NCBI GenBank assembly: GCA_964016885.1 | Contig: OZ024742.1 | Location: 378,758,001 to 378,822,000, forward strand | Direction of reading: 5' to 3' | Length of the DNA stretch: 64,000 bases | DNA from: Eledone cirrhosa | Lineage: Eukaryota | Shown: piece after piece, positions 29,101 through 43,022 of the stretch | How positions within the stretch are numbered: the stretch's first letter is position 1 | Layout: the number at the start of each line of letters is the position of its first letter | Notes under the pieces: generated by a model | Seen by the model: the letters and a program-made list of their open reading frames with translations, nothing else | The model's database searches: none | Told to the model about the DNA's origin: nothing | Made by a program: the position numbers and the translations under genes

Positions 29101-32100
29101 GGTGGTTTGTACGACAACTGATGGTTTGTACGACAGCTGATGGTTTGTACTGACAGCTGATGGTTTGTACTGAAAACTGATGGTTTGTACTGAGAGCTGA
29201 TGGTTTGTACTGACAGCTGATGATTTGTACAGACAGCTGATGGTTTGTACGACAACTGATGGTTTGTACGACAGCTGGTGGTTTGTGCTGACAACTGATG
29301 GTTTGTAGTGACAACTGGTGGTTTGTACTGACAACTGATGGTTTGTACTGACAACTGATGGTATGTACTGACAACTGATGGTTTGTACTGACAGCTGACG
29401 GTTTGTACGACAGCTTATGGTTTGTATTGACAACTGATGGTTTGTACGACAGCTGATGGTTTGTAGGACAGCTGATGGTTTGTACTGACAACTGATGGTT
29501 TGTACTGACAACTGATGGTTTGCACTGACAACTGATGGTTTCTACGACAGCTGATGGTTTGTACTGACAACTGATGGTTTGTACGACAGCTGATGGTTTG
29601 TACTGACAGCTGATGGTTTGTACTGACAAGTGATGGTTTGTACGACAGCTAGTGGTTTGTACGACAGCTGATGGTTTGTACGACAGCTGATAGTTTGTAC
29701 GACAGCTGATGATTTGTACTGACAACTTATGGTTTATACGACAACTGATCGTTTGTACGACAGCTGATGGTTTGTACGACAGCTGATGGTTTGTACTGAT
29801 AACAGATAGTTTGTACGACAGCTGATGGTTTGTACTGACAACTGATGGTTTGTACTGACAGCTGATGGTTTGTACGACAGCTGATGGTTTGTACTGACAG
29901 CTGATGGTTTGTACTGACAGCTGATGGTTTGTACTGACAACTGGTGGTTTGTACTGGCAACTGATGGTTTGTACTGACAGCTGACGGTTTGTACTGACAA
30001 CTGATGGTTTGTATTGACAGCTGATGGTTTATACGACAGCTGCTGGTTTGTACTGACAACTGATGGTTTGTACTGACAGCTGATGGTTTGTAGTGACAGC
30101 TGATGGTTTGTACTGACAACTGATGGTTTGTACTGACAACTGATGGTTTGTACTGACAACTGATGGTTTGTACTGACAGCTGACGGTTTGTACTGACAGC
30201 TGATGGTTTGTACGACAGCTGATGGTTTGTACTGACAGCTGATAGTTTGTACCGAGAGCTGATGGTTTGTACTGGCAACTGTTGGTTTGTACTGACAACT
30301 GATGGTATCTACGCAGCTGATGGTTTGTACTGACAGCTGACGGTTTGTACTGACAGCTGATGGTTTGTACTGACAGCTGATGGTTTACACTGACAACTGA
30401 TTGTTTGTACGACTGCTGACGGTTTGTACTGACAGCTGATGGTTTGTACTGACATCTGATGGTTTGTACTGACAGCTGATGGTTTGTACGACAACTCATG
30501 GTTTGTACGACAGCTGATGGTTTGTACTGACAGCTGATAGTTTGTACTGACAGCTGATGGTTTGTACTGACAACTGATGGTTTGTACTGACAACTGATGG
30601 TTTGTACGACAGCTGATGGTTTGTACTGACAGCGATGGTTTGTACTGACAACTGATGGTTTGTACTGACAGCTGATGGTCTGTACTGAAAGCTGATGGTT
30701 TGTACTGACAACTGATGGTTTGTACTTACAACTGATGGTTCGTACGACAGCTGATGGTTTGTACTGAAAACAGATGGTTTGTACTGTCAGCTGATGGTTT
30801 GTACTGACAGCTGATGGTTTGTACGACAACTGATGGTTTGTACGACAGCTGATGGTTTGTACTGACAGCTGATGGTTTGTAATGAGAATTGATGGTTTGT
30901 ACTGACAGCTGATGGTTTGTACTGACAGCTGATGGTTTGTACTGACAGCTGATGGTTTGTACTGACAGCTGATGGTTTACACTGACAACTGATTGTTTGT
31001 ACGACAGCTGACGGTTTGTACTGACAGCTGATGGTTTGTACTGACATCTGATGGTTTGTACTGACAGCTGATGGTTTGTACGACAACTCATGGTTTGTAC
31101 GACAGCTGATGGTTTGTACTGACAGCTGATAGTTTGTACTGACAGCTGATGGTTTGTACTGACAACTGATGGTTTGTACTGACAGCTGATGGTTTGTACG
31201 ACAGCTGATGGTTTGTACTAACAACTGATGGTTTGTACTGACAGCTGATTGTTTGTAGTGAAAGCTGATGGTTTGTACTGACAACTGATGGTTTGTACTG
31301 ACAACTGATGGCTTGTACTGACAACTGATGGTTTGTACGACAGCTGATGGTTTGTACTGACAGCTGATGGATCGTACGTCAGCTGATGGTTTCTACTGAC
31401 AGTTGATGGTTTGTACTGAAAACTGATGGTTTGTACTGACAGGTGAAGGTTTGTACTGACAGCTGTTGGTTTGTACTGACAACTGATGGTTTGTACTGAG
31501 AGCTGATGGTTTGTACTGACAGCTGATGGTTTGTACTGACAGCTGATGGTTTGTACTGACTGCTGATAGTTTGTACTGACAATTGATGGTTTGTATGACA
31601 GCTGATGGTTAGTAGTGACAACTGATAGTTTGTACTGACAGCTGATGGTTTGTAGGACAGCTGATAGTTTGTACTGACAGCTGATGGTTTGTACTGACAA
31701 CTGATGATTTTTACTGACAACTGATGTTTTGTACTGACAACTGATGGTTTGTACTGACAGCTGATTGTTTGTACTGACAGCTGATGGTTTGTAATGACAA
31801 CTGATGGTTTGTACTGACAGCTGATGGTTTGTACTGACAACTGCTGGTTTTTACTGACAGCTGATGGTTTGTACTGACAGCTGATGGTTTGTACTGATAG
31901 CTGATGGTTTGTATTCACAACTGATGATTTGTACTGACAACTGATGGTTTCTACGCAGCTGATGGTTTGTACTGACAGCTGATGGTTTGTACTGACAACT
32001 GATAGTCTACACTGACAACTGATTGTTTGTACGACAGCTGATGGTTTGTACTGACAGCTGATGGTTTGTACTGACAGCTGATGGTTTGTACGACAACTGA

Positions 32101-34322
32101 TGGTTTGTACGACAGCTGATGGTTTGTACTGACAGCTGATGGTTTGTACTGACAGCTGATGGTTTGTACTGACAACTGATAGTTTGTACTGACAACTGAT
32201 GGTTTGTACGACAGCTGATGGTTTGTACTGACAGCTGATGGTTTGTACTGACAACTGATGGTTTGTACTGACAGCTGATGGTTTGTACTGACAGCTGATG
32301 GTTTGTACTGACAACTGATGGTTCGTACGACAGCTGATGGTTTGTACTGACAACTGATGGTTTATACGAACCCTTGAAGGTTTGTACGACAACTGATGGT
32401 TTGTACGACAGCTGATGGTTTGTACTGACAACTTATGGTTTGTACTGACAGCTGATGGTTTGTACTGACAACTGATGGTTTGTACTGACAGCTGATGGTT
32501 TGTACTGACAGCTGATGGTTTGTACTGACAAGTTATGGTTTGTACGACAGCTGTTGGTTTGTACTGACAGCTGATGGTTTGTACTGACAACTGATGGTTT
32601 GTACTGACAGCTGATGGTTTCTACTGACAAATGATGGTTTATACTGACAGCTGATGGTTTGTACTGACAACTGATGGATTGTACGACAGCTGATGGTTTG
32701 TACTGACAGCTGATGATTTGTACTGACAACTGATCGTTTGTACTGACAGCTGATGGTTTGGACTGACAACTGATGGTTTGTACTGACAGCTGATGGTTTG
32801 TACTGAGAACTGATGGTTTGTACGACAGCTGATGGTTTGTACTGACAGCTGATGGTTTGTACTGAAAACTGATGGTTTGTACTGACAGCTGAAGGTTTGT
32901 ACTGACAGCTGATGGTTTGTACTGACATCTGATGGTTTGTACTGAGAGCTGATGGTTTGTACTGACAGCTGACGGTTTGTACTGACAGCTGATGGTTTGT
33001 ACTGACAGCTGATGGTTTGTACTGACAGCTGATAGTTTGTACAGACAACTGATGGTTTGTACGACAGCTGATGGTTTGTAGTGACAACTGATGGTTTGTA
33101 CTGACAGCTGATCGTTTGTACGGCAGCTGATAGTTTGTACTGACAGCTGATGGTTTGTACTGATAGCTGATGGTTTGTATTCACAACTGATGGTTTGTAC
33201 TGACAACTGATGGTTTGTACGACAGCTTATTCTTTATACTGACAGCTGATGGTTTGTACTGACAGCTGATGGTTTGTACTGACAACTGATAATTTGTACT
33301 GACAGCTGATACTTTGTACTGACAACTGATGGTTTGTACTGACAGCTGGTGGTTTGTGGTGACAACTGATGGTTTGTACTGACAACTGATGGTTTGTACT
33401 GACAGCTGATGGTTTGTACTGACAACTGATGCTTTGTACTGACAGCTGATGGTTTGTACTGACAGCTGATGGTTTGTACTGACCGCTGATGGTTTGTACG
33501 ACAGCTGATGGTATGTACTGACAGCTGATGGTTTGTGCTGACAGCTGATGGTTTGTATGCAGCTGATGGTTTGTACTGACAGCTGATTATTTGTACTGAC
33601 AACTGATGGTTTGTACTGACAACTGATGGTTTGTACTGACAGTTGATGGTTTGTACTGACAACTGATGGTTTGTACTGACAACTCATGGTTTGTACTGAC
33701 AACTGATGGTTTGTACGGCAGCTGATGGTTTGTACTGACAACTGATGTTTTATACTGACAACTGATGGTTTGTACGACAGCTGATGGTTTGTTACTGACA
33801 GCTGATGGTTTGTACTGACATCTGATGGTTTGTACTGACAGCTGATGGTTTGTACTGACAGCTGATGGTTTGTACGACAGCTGATGGTTTGTACTGACAG
33901 CTGTTGGTTTGTACTGACAGCTGATTGTTTGTAATGACAGCTGATGGTTTGGACTGACAGCTGATGGTTTGTACTGACAGCTGATGGTTTGTACTGACAA
34001 CTGATGGTTTGTACTGACAACTGATGGTTTGTACTGACAACTGATGGTTTGTACTGACAACTGATGGTTTGTACGACAGCTGATGGTTTGTACTGACAAC
34101 TGATGGTTTGTACGACAACTGATGGTTTGTACTGACAACTGATGGTTTGTACGACAGCTGATGGTTTGTACTGACAGCTGATGGCTTGTACTTACAACTG
34201 ATGGTTTGTACTGACAGCTGATGGTTTGTACTGACAGCTGATGGTTTATACTGACAGCTGATGGTTTATACTAACAGGTGATGGTTTGTACGGCAGCTGA
34301 TGGTTTAACTGACTGCTGATTA
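2181..34322. repeat. ~32-kb satellite array of 20-bp CTGATGGTTTGTACTGACAR with 19-bp (GTACGACA) variants, roughly 1600 units, with higher-order duplications
   Basis: Continuous tandem array. Identical variant blocks recur at offsets 2012, 1938, 9214, 2484/2503, 6771 and 2782 bp (read from identical ORF-track translations). Confidence 0.98.
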
Positions 34323-34484
34323 TTTGTTTTAAGGAAATGTTGCTACTATCTTTTAAGATATCTTTCTGTTTCAACACTATCATGTTTCTTTATTATTTTA
34401 ATCTGGTCTGCTTATTTGTGTAATAAATATCAATTTGCCTTAAAAAAAATTGGTTAGTCCCTACATTACCACTATATATAAATA

Positions 34485-34548
<64 letters not shown>

Positions 34549-34791
34549 ATATATTTTATCGTTCCTGAGGTTTTTAACCCTAGGAAAGGAAAATGCTTCT
34601 CTGATGATCTTTGTTTTTCCATTAATATCCATGTGATATCTAATGTTTTGCAAAGTGAAACTGTACAGTAAGGGCCATTTGAATAGGTAAATATTTATAT
34701 TATATTTTTTTAATTTTGATTAATTTTAATTGTAAATTTATTTTTATTTATTTTGAAAAATTGTTTGAATTTTACTTTTATCCGCTTATCT

Positions 34792-34860
<69 letters not shown>

Positions 34861-35789
34861 GATTCTCTGCCATGGGGTTAAGCTTTTACCATTTCGATAG
34901 CAAAGAAGAAAAAGACCGATTGTTCTTTTGTTTTTATTTTTTAAACTATCTCACTGATGCCTCTCATAAAAAACTAACCCCCCCCCCCCTCTTTACTTCC
35001 CTTGCGGTGTTCCTGTCCTTTAAATGTCTATGACTATCGCAGTTTACAAAATTTATGGTCTGAAACTATAATTATTTTCAAAAGTATACATTTTATCTAA
35101 TATTCTTGGAATATAGCTCCGTTTAATTTTTCGTTAAACAAATTACCACTTGTAAAGGAAAAGTTCAACGGTGTATAACATTTGTTTATGAACTATAAAT
35201 GGCCGTAATTAAAACAACTAGATTGAAGAATAAAAGTGAGAAATTATTTAGCTTCCCTAATCACCTCTGGGAGGAATCCAATAAACTAATTCTAAAGTGA
35301 GATCAAATGATAAATCAGTTGGAATTATTTAATAATATTCTCTTGTTCTTTAATTCCAAACATTTGATCAAGACAAAGGAAACAGTTTGTCTTTGTGTGC
35401 TTTCTTTGCCTCTTCCTATTAAATCAAAGAAGGGAAAGATAGTGGCGAAGGATGCTCCTTCATAATATATTTGTGTATAAATCTAATAGTTTTTGAGTAA
35501 TGTTCAGAGAAATAGGGGAAGTGAGAAGCTTTTATCGGTTGTAAACGTAATGAAAGTTTGAAAAATATTCTCAGTGATAGGAAACATTAGCCAAGGGCAA
35601 GATTTCAGCTCTGTTACTTCAAAGTAACGTAACATTCAACATTTATACACTGGTCTGTAGCTTCTCTGTGTTGTTGTTGTTGTTGTTACAGCTCACACCT
35701 ATGCAGGTTTAGTGGCCTCCTCCAAGATATATCTCGTTGGAGGTGTCTTGGGTGATTTTAATGATAGGGACCCCAATCCTATCATCTCA

Positions 35790-35920
35790 TTTCTACAGCT
35801 GGGTAAACTGGAGCAACGTGAAATAAAGTGTCTTGCTCACGGAAACAACAAATCACCCAGTCCGAGAATTGAACTCACAACCTTTTGATTGCAAGCCCAA
35901 TGTACTAAGCCATGCGCCTT
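35790..35920 (-). mobile_element. tRNA-derived SINE fragment (family 1)
   Basis: Reverse-complement similarity to the 42320-42632 copy (gtgaaataaagtgtcttgctca; gaactcacaacc). Confidence 0.7.
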
Positions 35921-36087
35921 CTCTGTGTATATCTCTGATAATTCAGTATTGCTGGAGTTAGAAATTGAACCACAACTTCTAACAACTCTTTCGTCGAGAC
36001 AACCTCTACATGACCGCTCAACTTGTTAGAAATCACAGTCAAATCTCCCTCACATCACACCTTAGAGTCTGGATAATGATATATACT

Positions 36088-36650
36088 TTAGGCACAAGGC
36101 CAATAATACTAAGGGAAGGATAAAGTAGATTAAATCGTTCTAGTAATTGATTGGTACTTTATTTTATCGACTCAGGAAGGATGGAAGGCAAAGTTGATAT
36201 TCTCGGGAATTGAAATCAAAAGGAGAAGAGCCAAAATAAATAGCGCAGTGTCATTTTATCATGGGCTGTATCAGTTCTGCTAATCCACCTTAACATGGCT
36301 AAATAAGGATTTCTAAATTAGGCACAAGGCCAGCAATTTGAACTCAGAACGTAAAGGGCCACAAAACATTGTGACCGACACCCTACGGATACTGCCAATC
36401 CACCGCCTTAGAAAATATAATGATGGTCTGATTTAGACACATGGCCAACAATTTGAGGGAGGGGAAAGTCGATTAAAGCGACCCCAGTGCGTTACTGGTG
36501 CTTTATTTTATTGACCCCGTATGGATAAAAGGCAAAGCTATAACCTTGACGAGATTTGAACTCAGAACGAAAAGGGCCGTAACTCTATGCTGCGACCTAA
36601 GTTGTCCGACTCTCTGGCGATACTGTCAATCCATCGCCCCTTACTGCCTT
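36088..36650 (-). mobile_element. Three tandem or nested copies of a second tRNA-derived SINE (family 2)
   Basis: Repeated ggcacaaggcca...tggtactttattttatcgac...aaggcaaag...ttgaactcagaac (B-box-like on the minus strand) starting near 36090, 36320 and 36435. Confidence 0.7.
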
Positions 36651-36827
36651 GATAATAAAGGAATAGATACATTATATGATGGTATGGGCGTGACTGGAAT
36701 GTCTTTGATTATAGTTATACTCAGAGTCGATCTGGGGTTAAACAACTTGAAAAAGAGGAGGTTCCATCTGACTTGGTCTTGAATAGTAATCCTCAAACTG
36801 GGATTGTTTGAAGAAGAGTTAAGTATA

Positions 36828-37090
36828 AAGGTGAATTACATAGCGGTTAGTGTGTTGGGCTTACAATCGTAATACCATGGGTTCTTTCCTTGAATCGAGT
36901 GTCGCATTGTGTTCCTGAGCGAAACACTTCATTTTACATTGCTCCAATACTACTCTGCTGAAAATGAGTAGCAGCTGTAGTTGTCGGTTAACCTTGTAAA
37001 GGATTGAGTTTCTGTCCAGGGAGGCGAGGATCTTTGTACTCTCAGTCGTTTAACGCCAATACAACTAGGATCAGCACCGGCCTGGTTTAT
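36828..37090 (+). mobile_element. Diverged tRNA-derived SINE (family 1)
   Basis: tagcggttagtgtgttggg head plus ttgtgttcctgagcgaaacactt, matching the central motif ttgtgtccttgagcaagacactt of the 42320 copy. Confidence 0.65.
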
Positions 37091-37529
37091 GACAGACCTT
37101 AACCATTAAATATGCAGGTATTCCTAAATAGGCACTGACGTTAATGTTATTCCCTTGAGAGACCCTGTGTTATTAGTTTCGCTAGTACTGAGCAATCCCT
37201 TCTATTGAGAATGTTACAAGAACGAAGATATTGCATAACAGATTTACAACCAAATCGTGTACTAGAGAGTAAATATTTGAAAATTATAGTTCCGTTCAGT
37301 CTACCTGAAAACGAAGTCATCAATAGTTAGCGAACCATCTCTATTAGAAGCCATTTCCCTATACAACAGTATATGTGTATGGATATATGTTTTCTAAGCA
37401 GTATTACTCCATGATCTTTATAGCCAAGGACGGTTGAGAGTCGGACTAATAAAGTCCCAGTAAAGTACTGGTGTCTATATAATTGTTGGCCTTGTACCTA
37501 AATCAGAAACCATTATCTTTATAACCAAG

Positions 37530-37700
37530 GGAAGTGGATTGGCAGAATCAGTAGAGCATCGAACATGATGCATAGCAGTATTTGTTCTGGTAGCTTATGA
37601 TCAGAGTACAAACACTGCCGGTGTCAACTTTGCCTTTCATCCTTACTGAATCGATAAAATAAGTACCAGTAACTCACTGGGGTCGATTTAATCAATTCCC
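37530..37700 (+). mobile_element. SINE family 2 copy
   Basis: ggattggcagaatc...gtcaactttgcctttcatcctt...tcgataaaataagtaccagt...ctggggtcgatt is shared with 42638-42835. Confidence 0.7.
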
Positions 37701-37899
37701 CCCTCATCTCCAGGAGCACCAAGAGTGAGTACTCCTTTCCTCTCGGAAATCATTATTTAACGAGGTTTTTGTATGATTTGAGATTTAAAAAAAGTTGGAA
37801 TCAAAACAGAGAAATCGCTATAATTGTTTCTACTTTTGGCACAAGGCCAGCAATTTTCCAGTGTATTACTGGTACTTTATTTTATCGACCCCTGTAGGT

Positions 37900-38140
37900 T
37901 GAGGAAAAAGAGGAAGAGAGGAAAGGAGTACTCACTCTTGGTGCTCCTGGAGATGAGGGTTGTACATTTTTTCGGGGTGTGTACAACCCCTGTGTAACAC
38001 CTCCCCCCTATTGGGGATTTCAATTGTTATTTGTTATTTTATTAATAGTTTTATTTTCATATACCTTTATGTAAACTCCCCATTCGTATGTGTCCCCTTC
38101 TTTTGTGCCCTTGTGGCTAATAAAGAAATTTATTTATCTA
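37900..38140 (+). mobile_element. Possible 3' UTR of a non-LTR retrotransposon, with a 44-bp inverted copy at 37701-37744
   Basis: Ends in AATAAAGAAAT followed by simple repeats; perfect IR 37701-37744/37916-37959. Confidence 0.35.
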
Positions 38141-38281
38141 TCTATATCTACCGCCCCCCCCCCCCCAATCTCTCTCTCTATATCTATCTATCTACTTCTA
38201 CCTCTCTCTCTTTCTCTGTCTCTCTCTCTATATTCATCTATCTCTACCTCTTTATCTCTGTGTCTCTCTGTCTCTTTTTCA

Positions 38282-38355
<74 letters not shown>

Positions 38356-38899
38356 CTCTCTCTCTCTCTAACTATCAGTCTATTTAACTAATGATCTATC
38401 TCAGTCTCTCTCATTCGCTCCCTTTTTCACTCCATGTACCTCTCTTTGTTTATGTATCTATGTATCTATCTCTATCTCTCCCTCTCAGCCCCCCCCCCCC
38501 CCCTCCCATTTCTCTATGTATCTCTCTCTTTCTCTCTCCCTATCCCCCCCCCACCTCTCTCTCTCTCCAAAGAGGAGACAAACAGTGACTGTACTAATAC
38601 CAAAACACAGACTATTCCAGTCTTGATGTGACAGAGTCCTTGTATCTGTAGCTTTATCTATACAGCAATGGCGCCTCACAAGACGAAATCTACCCAGAAG
38701 CGCTATAACAGAGAAATAATAATATAGAGGATTAAAATCCCTGCTTTGAAGATGAATACATTTTATTGTCTGTTAAAATATGTGCAATAGTTTATTAATT
38801 TAATAGAATTACACGGCAGGATATAACTGCACTGGAATGTTCTTTGAAAGATGGAGACTCCGCGATAATTTGTTTGTAAACCATTCTCTGATAAAGGAA

Positions 38900-39965
38900 C
38901 TCATACTTGTATATACACGTGTGTATACATACATACTTGTATATATATATGTGTATATACATACATACTTGTATATACACATATGTGTATACATACATAC
39001 TTGTATATACACGTGTATATACACGTGTGTATATACACATGTATGTATATACACATGTATGTATATACACAAACTTCTATATACACATACTTGTATATAC
39101 ACATGTGTGTATACATACATACTTGTATATATATACATACTTATACATACACATACTTGTATAAACCATCTCTGATAAAGGAACAGATATTTGTATATAC
39201 ACACACTTGTATACATACATACTTGTATATACACACACTTGTATATACAAGTATGTGTATATACACATGCTTGTATATATACATACCTGTATATATACCT
39301 ACTTGTATATATACATACCTGTATATATACATGTATATATATACATACCTGTATATACATATTTGTATATACACGTGTATATATACACATACCTGTATAT
39401 ACACATAATTGTATATATACATATATGTGTGTATAGTATATATACATACTTGTATATATACGCATACTTGTATAGATACATGTGTGTATATATAAACATA
39501 CTTGTATATACACATATTTGTATATACACATACTTGTATATATACATACTTGTATATATACATACTTGTATATATACACATACTTGTATATATACATACT
39601 TGTATATATACATACTTGTATATATACATACTTGTATATATACATACTTGTATATACATATACTTGTATATACACATACTTGTATATACACATACTTGTA
39701 TATATACATACTTGTATATACACATACTTGTATATATACATACTTGTATATACACATACATCACAATCACACAAATGTATATCTACACACATATCTACAC
39801 ACATATCTACACAACTATCTACACACATATCTACACAACTATCTACACACATATCTACACACATATCTACACACATATCTACACACATATCTACACATAT
39901 ATCTACACAACTATCTACACACATATCTACACACATATCTACACAACTATCGACACACATATCTA
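38900..39965. repeat. Degenerate ~16-bp (CATACTTGTATATAYA) array followed by a 12-bp (ATCTACACACAT) array
   Basis: Direct tandem periodicity; source of the many YI/CI-rich spurious ORFs. Confidence 0.9.
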
Positions 39966-40044
39966 CAGAACGTAGAGGGAAAATAGATATGTGTGAGTGT
40001 ATATAACTGAATACACACAAAGGCTCTCTCACCTACATACTTGA

Positions 40045-40065
40045 TTACATATATATACATACATT

Positions 40066-40139
<74 letters not shown>

Positions 40140-40196
40140 TATATACATATATATATACACACATATATATATGTACACACCTATATATATGTATAT

Positions 40197-40265
<69 letters not shown>

Positions 40266-40391
40266 ATATACATATATATATATATAATATACATATATAT
40301 AAACACACATACATATGTATATACATATACATAATATATATATGGTCGAACGTCATTCACACACACCAACACACACACACCAACACAAACG

Positions 40392-40463
<72 letters not shown>

Positions 40464-40815
40464 AAATGAAATGTCGTTTCATTCTTTTCCATATATATAT
40501 ATATATAATTATATATATATACACACACATGAGGTGTTTTCACCTCTGCTTCCCCCTTTCTAAACTGAAAGCTAAAGTGGATGCCGCTAGCAATTTACTG
40601 CTAAATCCTTTGATAAAGTATTAGTCTGGCACATCTAATGAGAATCATTTCAGATAAAACCATACAACACGTTCAAGGATTCTCTCATAAAAGACATGAA
40701 ATACTAAAACTGTATTACAACAGGCTGTCGATGGGAATGGTGGTGATTTAAAGGGTGTAAATATATTGTTTATATATATATATGTGTATATATACATACA
40801 TACATATATATATAT

Positions 40816-40846
<31 letters not shown>

Positions 40847-40853
40847 GTATGCT

Positions 40854-40886
<33 letters not shown>

Positions 40887-41146
40887 ACATAATATACATA
40901 TATATACATATATATGTGTGAATATATGTATACACACACACGCGCACACACACATATATGTGTGTGTGTGTGTGTGTGTGTGTATTTATATATATACACA
41001 TATAGATATATATGTATACATACACACACACATATATATATATACGTGTGCATATATAGATATATATGCGTATCTGTGTCTGTATATATATATACGTATA
41101 TATATATATACGTATATATATACATATATATATATATGTGTATGTA

Positions 41147-41240
<94 letters not shown>

Positions 41241-41436
41241 CTCATTTGTTAGCTACCACCTGTTTCTATTACAATAAAGGAATATTAGTATTTTACAAGG
41301 AATAGCTGTTGTTTCTGTTCTCCTATTAGTCTATTATTATATGGAGCATCTATTGAGCTGGCAATACTGTACCGCATAATTGGATCGTCAAGTCTTCTTT
41401 ATACACTTATACACACATGCACTTATATATATATGA

Positions 41437-41468
<32 letters not shown>

Positions 41469-41573
41469 GAATATGTATATATATATGTATATATGTATAT
41501 ATGTATATATGTATATATATATGCATATGTATATGAATAAGTGTATATATGTGTGTGTGTGTGTGTGTGTATA

Positions 41574-41630
<57 letters not shown>

Positions 41631-41731
41631 TTATACAATTGACTTATGTTTCGTCACTATATATATACATATATATAAGTATATATATACTTATATATAT
41701 GTATATATTTACATATATATGTATATCTATC

Positions 41732-41819
<88 letters not shown>

Positions 41820-41970
41820 TTCACACACACTAATACATATATATATATGTGTGGGTGTGTGTATGTGTGTGGGGGTGTCTGTGTGTGTGTCTGTGTGTGT
41901 ATGTGTGTGTCTGTCTGCGTGTGTGTGTGTGTGTCTGTGTGTGTGTGTGTGTGTCTGTATGTGTGTGTGT
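40045..41970. repeat. Compound (TA)n/(CA)n/(TG)n microsatellite tracts
   Basis: Direct inspection. Confidence 0.9.
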
Positions 41971-42319
41971 AGCGATTGACTTTAATGTTCTGACGTACAG
42001 AATAAATATATAAATATTCATTTTGTATTTCTAAACAGCATATCTGTGTGAATGTTCTTGTAATGGTCAGCCATACTCTAATGGCTGCTTCAGTGATATT
42101 GTGAATATATTGAGGACTTGATGTTTTCTAGTCCACAATGATATATAGCAGGACAATAACTACACATTATTACATTGAATATATATCAATTTAGTACTGA
42201 ATTAATATCTTTTTGTTTCATAATGGCCGACATCATTATAATGACAGAGATGACTGTGGTAAATTATGTTGCGTGTACCGAATACCTCATGTTGTGGTAT
42301 TAATGCTACCTTATGGCGG

Positions 42320-42632
42320 TGTGAAGGAGTGTGGTTTTGTGGTTAGGGTATTCTGTTCACAATCGTAAGGCCGTAAGGTCGATTTCCGGCGGCATGTTGT
42401 GTCCTTGAGCAAGACACTTTATTTCACATTCCTCCAGTCCACTCAGCTGGCAGAAATAAGTTGTACCTGTAATTTGAAGGGTCAGCCTTGTCACATTCTG
42501 TCTCACGCTGAATCTCCCTGAGAACTTACTTATGGGTACGTGTGTCTGTGGAATGCTCAGCCACTTGCACGTTAATTTCAAGAGCAAGCTGTTCCGTTGA
42601 TGGCATCAATTGGAACACTTGTCATCGTAATC
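42320..42632 (+). mobile_element. tRNA-derived SINE (family 1), near full length
   Basis: A-box-like gtggttttgtggttaggg, B-box-like ggtcgatttcc, then ttgtgtccttgagcaagacactt; an inverted homolog lies at 52250-52782. Confidence 0.8.
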
Positions 42633-42637
42633 TAAGG

Positions 42638-42835
42638 GTGGTGGATCGGCAGAATCGTTAGAGCATCGGTCACATAGAGTTACGACCCTTTACATTCTGA
42701 GTTCAAATCCTGTCTAGGTTAGCTTTGTTTTTCATCCTTACGAGGTCGAGAAAATAAAGCACCAGTAATTCACTCAGGTCGATTTAATCCACTTTCCCGT
42801 TCCCCAACATTATTTGCCTTGTACCTAAGTCAGAA
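42638..42835 (+). mobile_element. SINE family 2 copy
   Basis: ggcagaatcgttagagcatcgg...ctgagttcaaatcc (B box)...aaataaagcaccagt...ccttgtacctaa. Confidence 0.75.
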
Positions 42836-42927
42836 ACCCTTATACCGATGGTACCTCAATGACACAAAAGTAGGTCCACAAATTGATAGTTTTATTAACA
42901 ATAAACGACGTACCTGTGTTATTCCAG

Positions 42928-43001
42928 GGTTTCTTATTCCTGTTGGGGAACCTCTCCCGGGTTGACATCCACAGATTTCTGTTTGGTTTTCGTCATATCA
43001 G
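42928..43001 (+). CDS. Candidate isolated internal exon (GFLFLLGNLSRVDIHRFLFGFRHI), host gene unknown
   Basis: Acceptor tgtgttattccag| and donor CAG|gtatgt bracket a 74-nt non-repetitive segment; open in two frames. Confidence 0.3.
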
Positions 43002-43022
43002 GTATGTAGCAGTACTTACCAG

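Noticed and set aside
2189-34138. Dozens of long minus-strand ORFs (SVQTISCQYKPSAVSTNHQL repeats, up to 786 aa)
   Set aside because: Produced by a 20-bp unit lacking stops on one strand. All three frames give the same peptide, 19-bp variants shift frame freely, and most starts are non-ATG.
2181-34322. CRISPR-like array or tandem hammerhead cores (CTGATG)
   Set aside because: No unique spacers and no cas genes; CTGATGG is not followed by stem II and GAAA.
36830-36900. tRNA genes at SINE heads
   Set aside because: Only degenerate A/B boxes continuing into SINE bodies; no cloverleaf.
38795-42021. YI/CV/HT-rich ORFs (also 698-1037, 52994-53540, 56023-56259)
   Set aside because: Translations of (TA)n, (CA)n and (TG)n microsatellites.
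42038-42120. Possible exon after a ctaaacag acceptor (also near 34575 and 40654)
   Set aside because: No convincing donor or recognisable protein motif, and stops in most frames.
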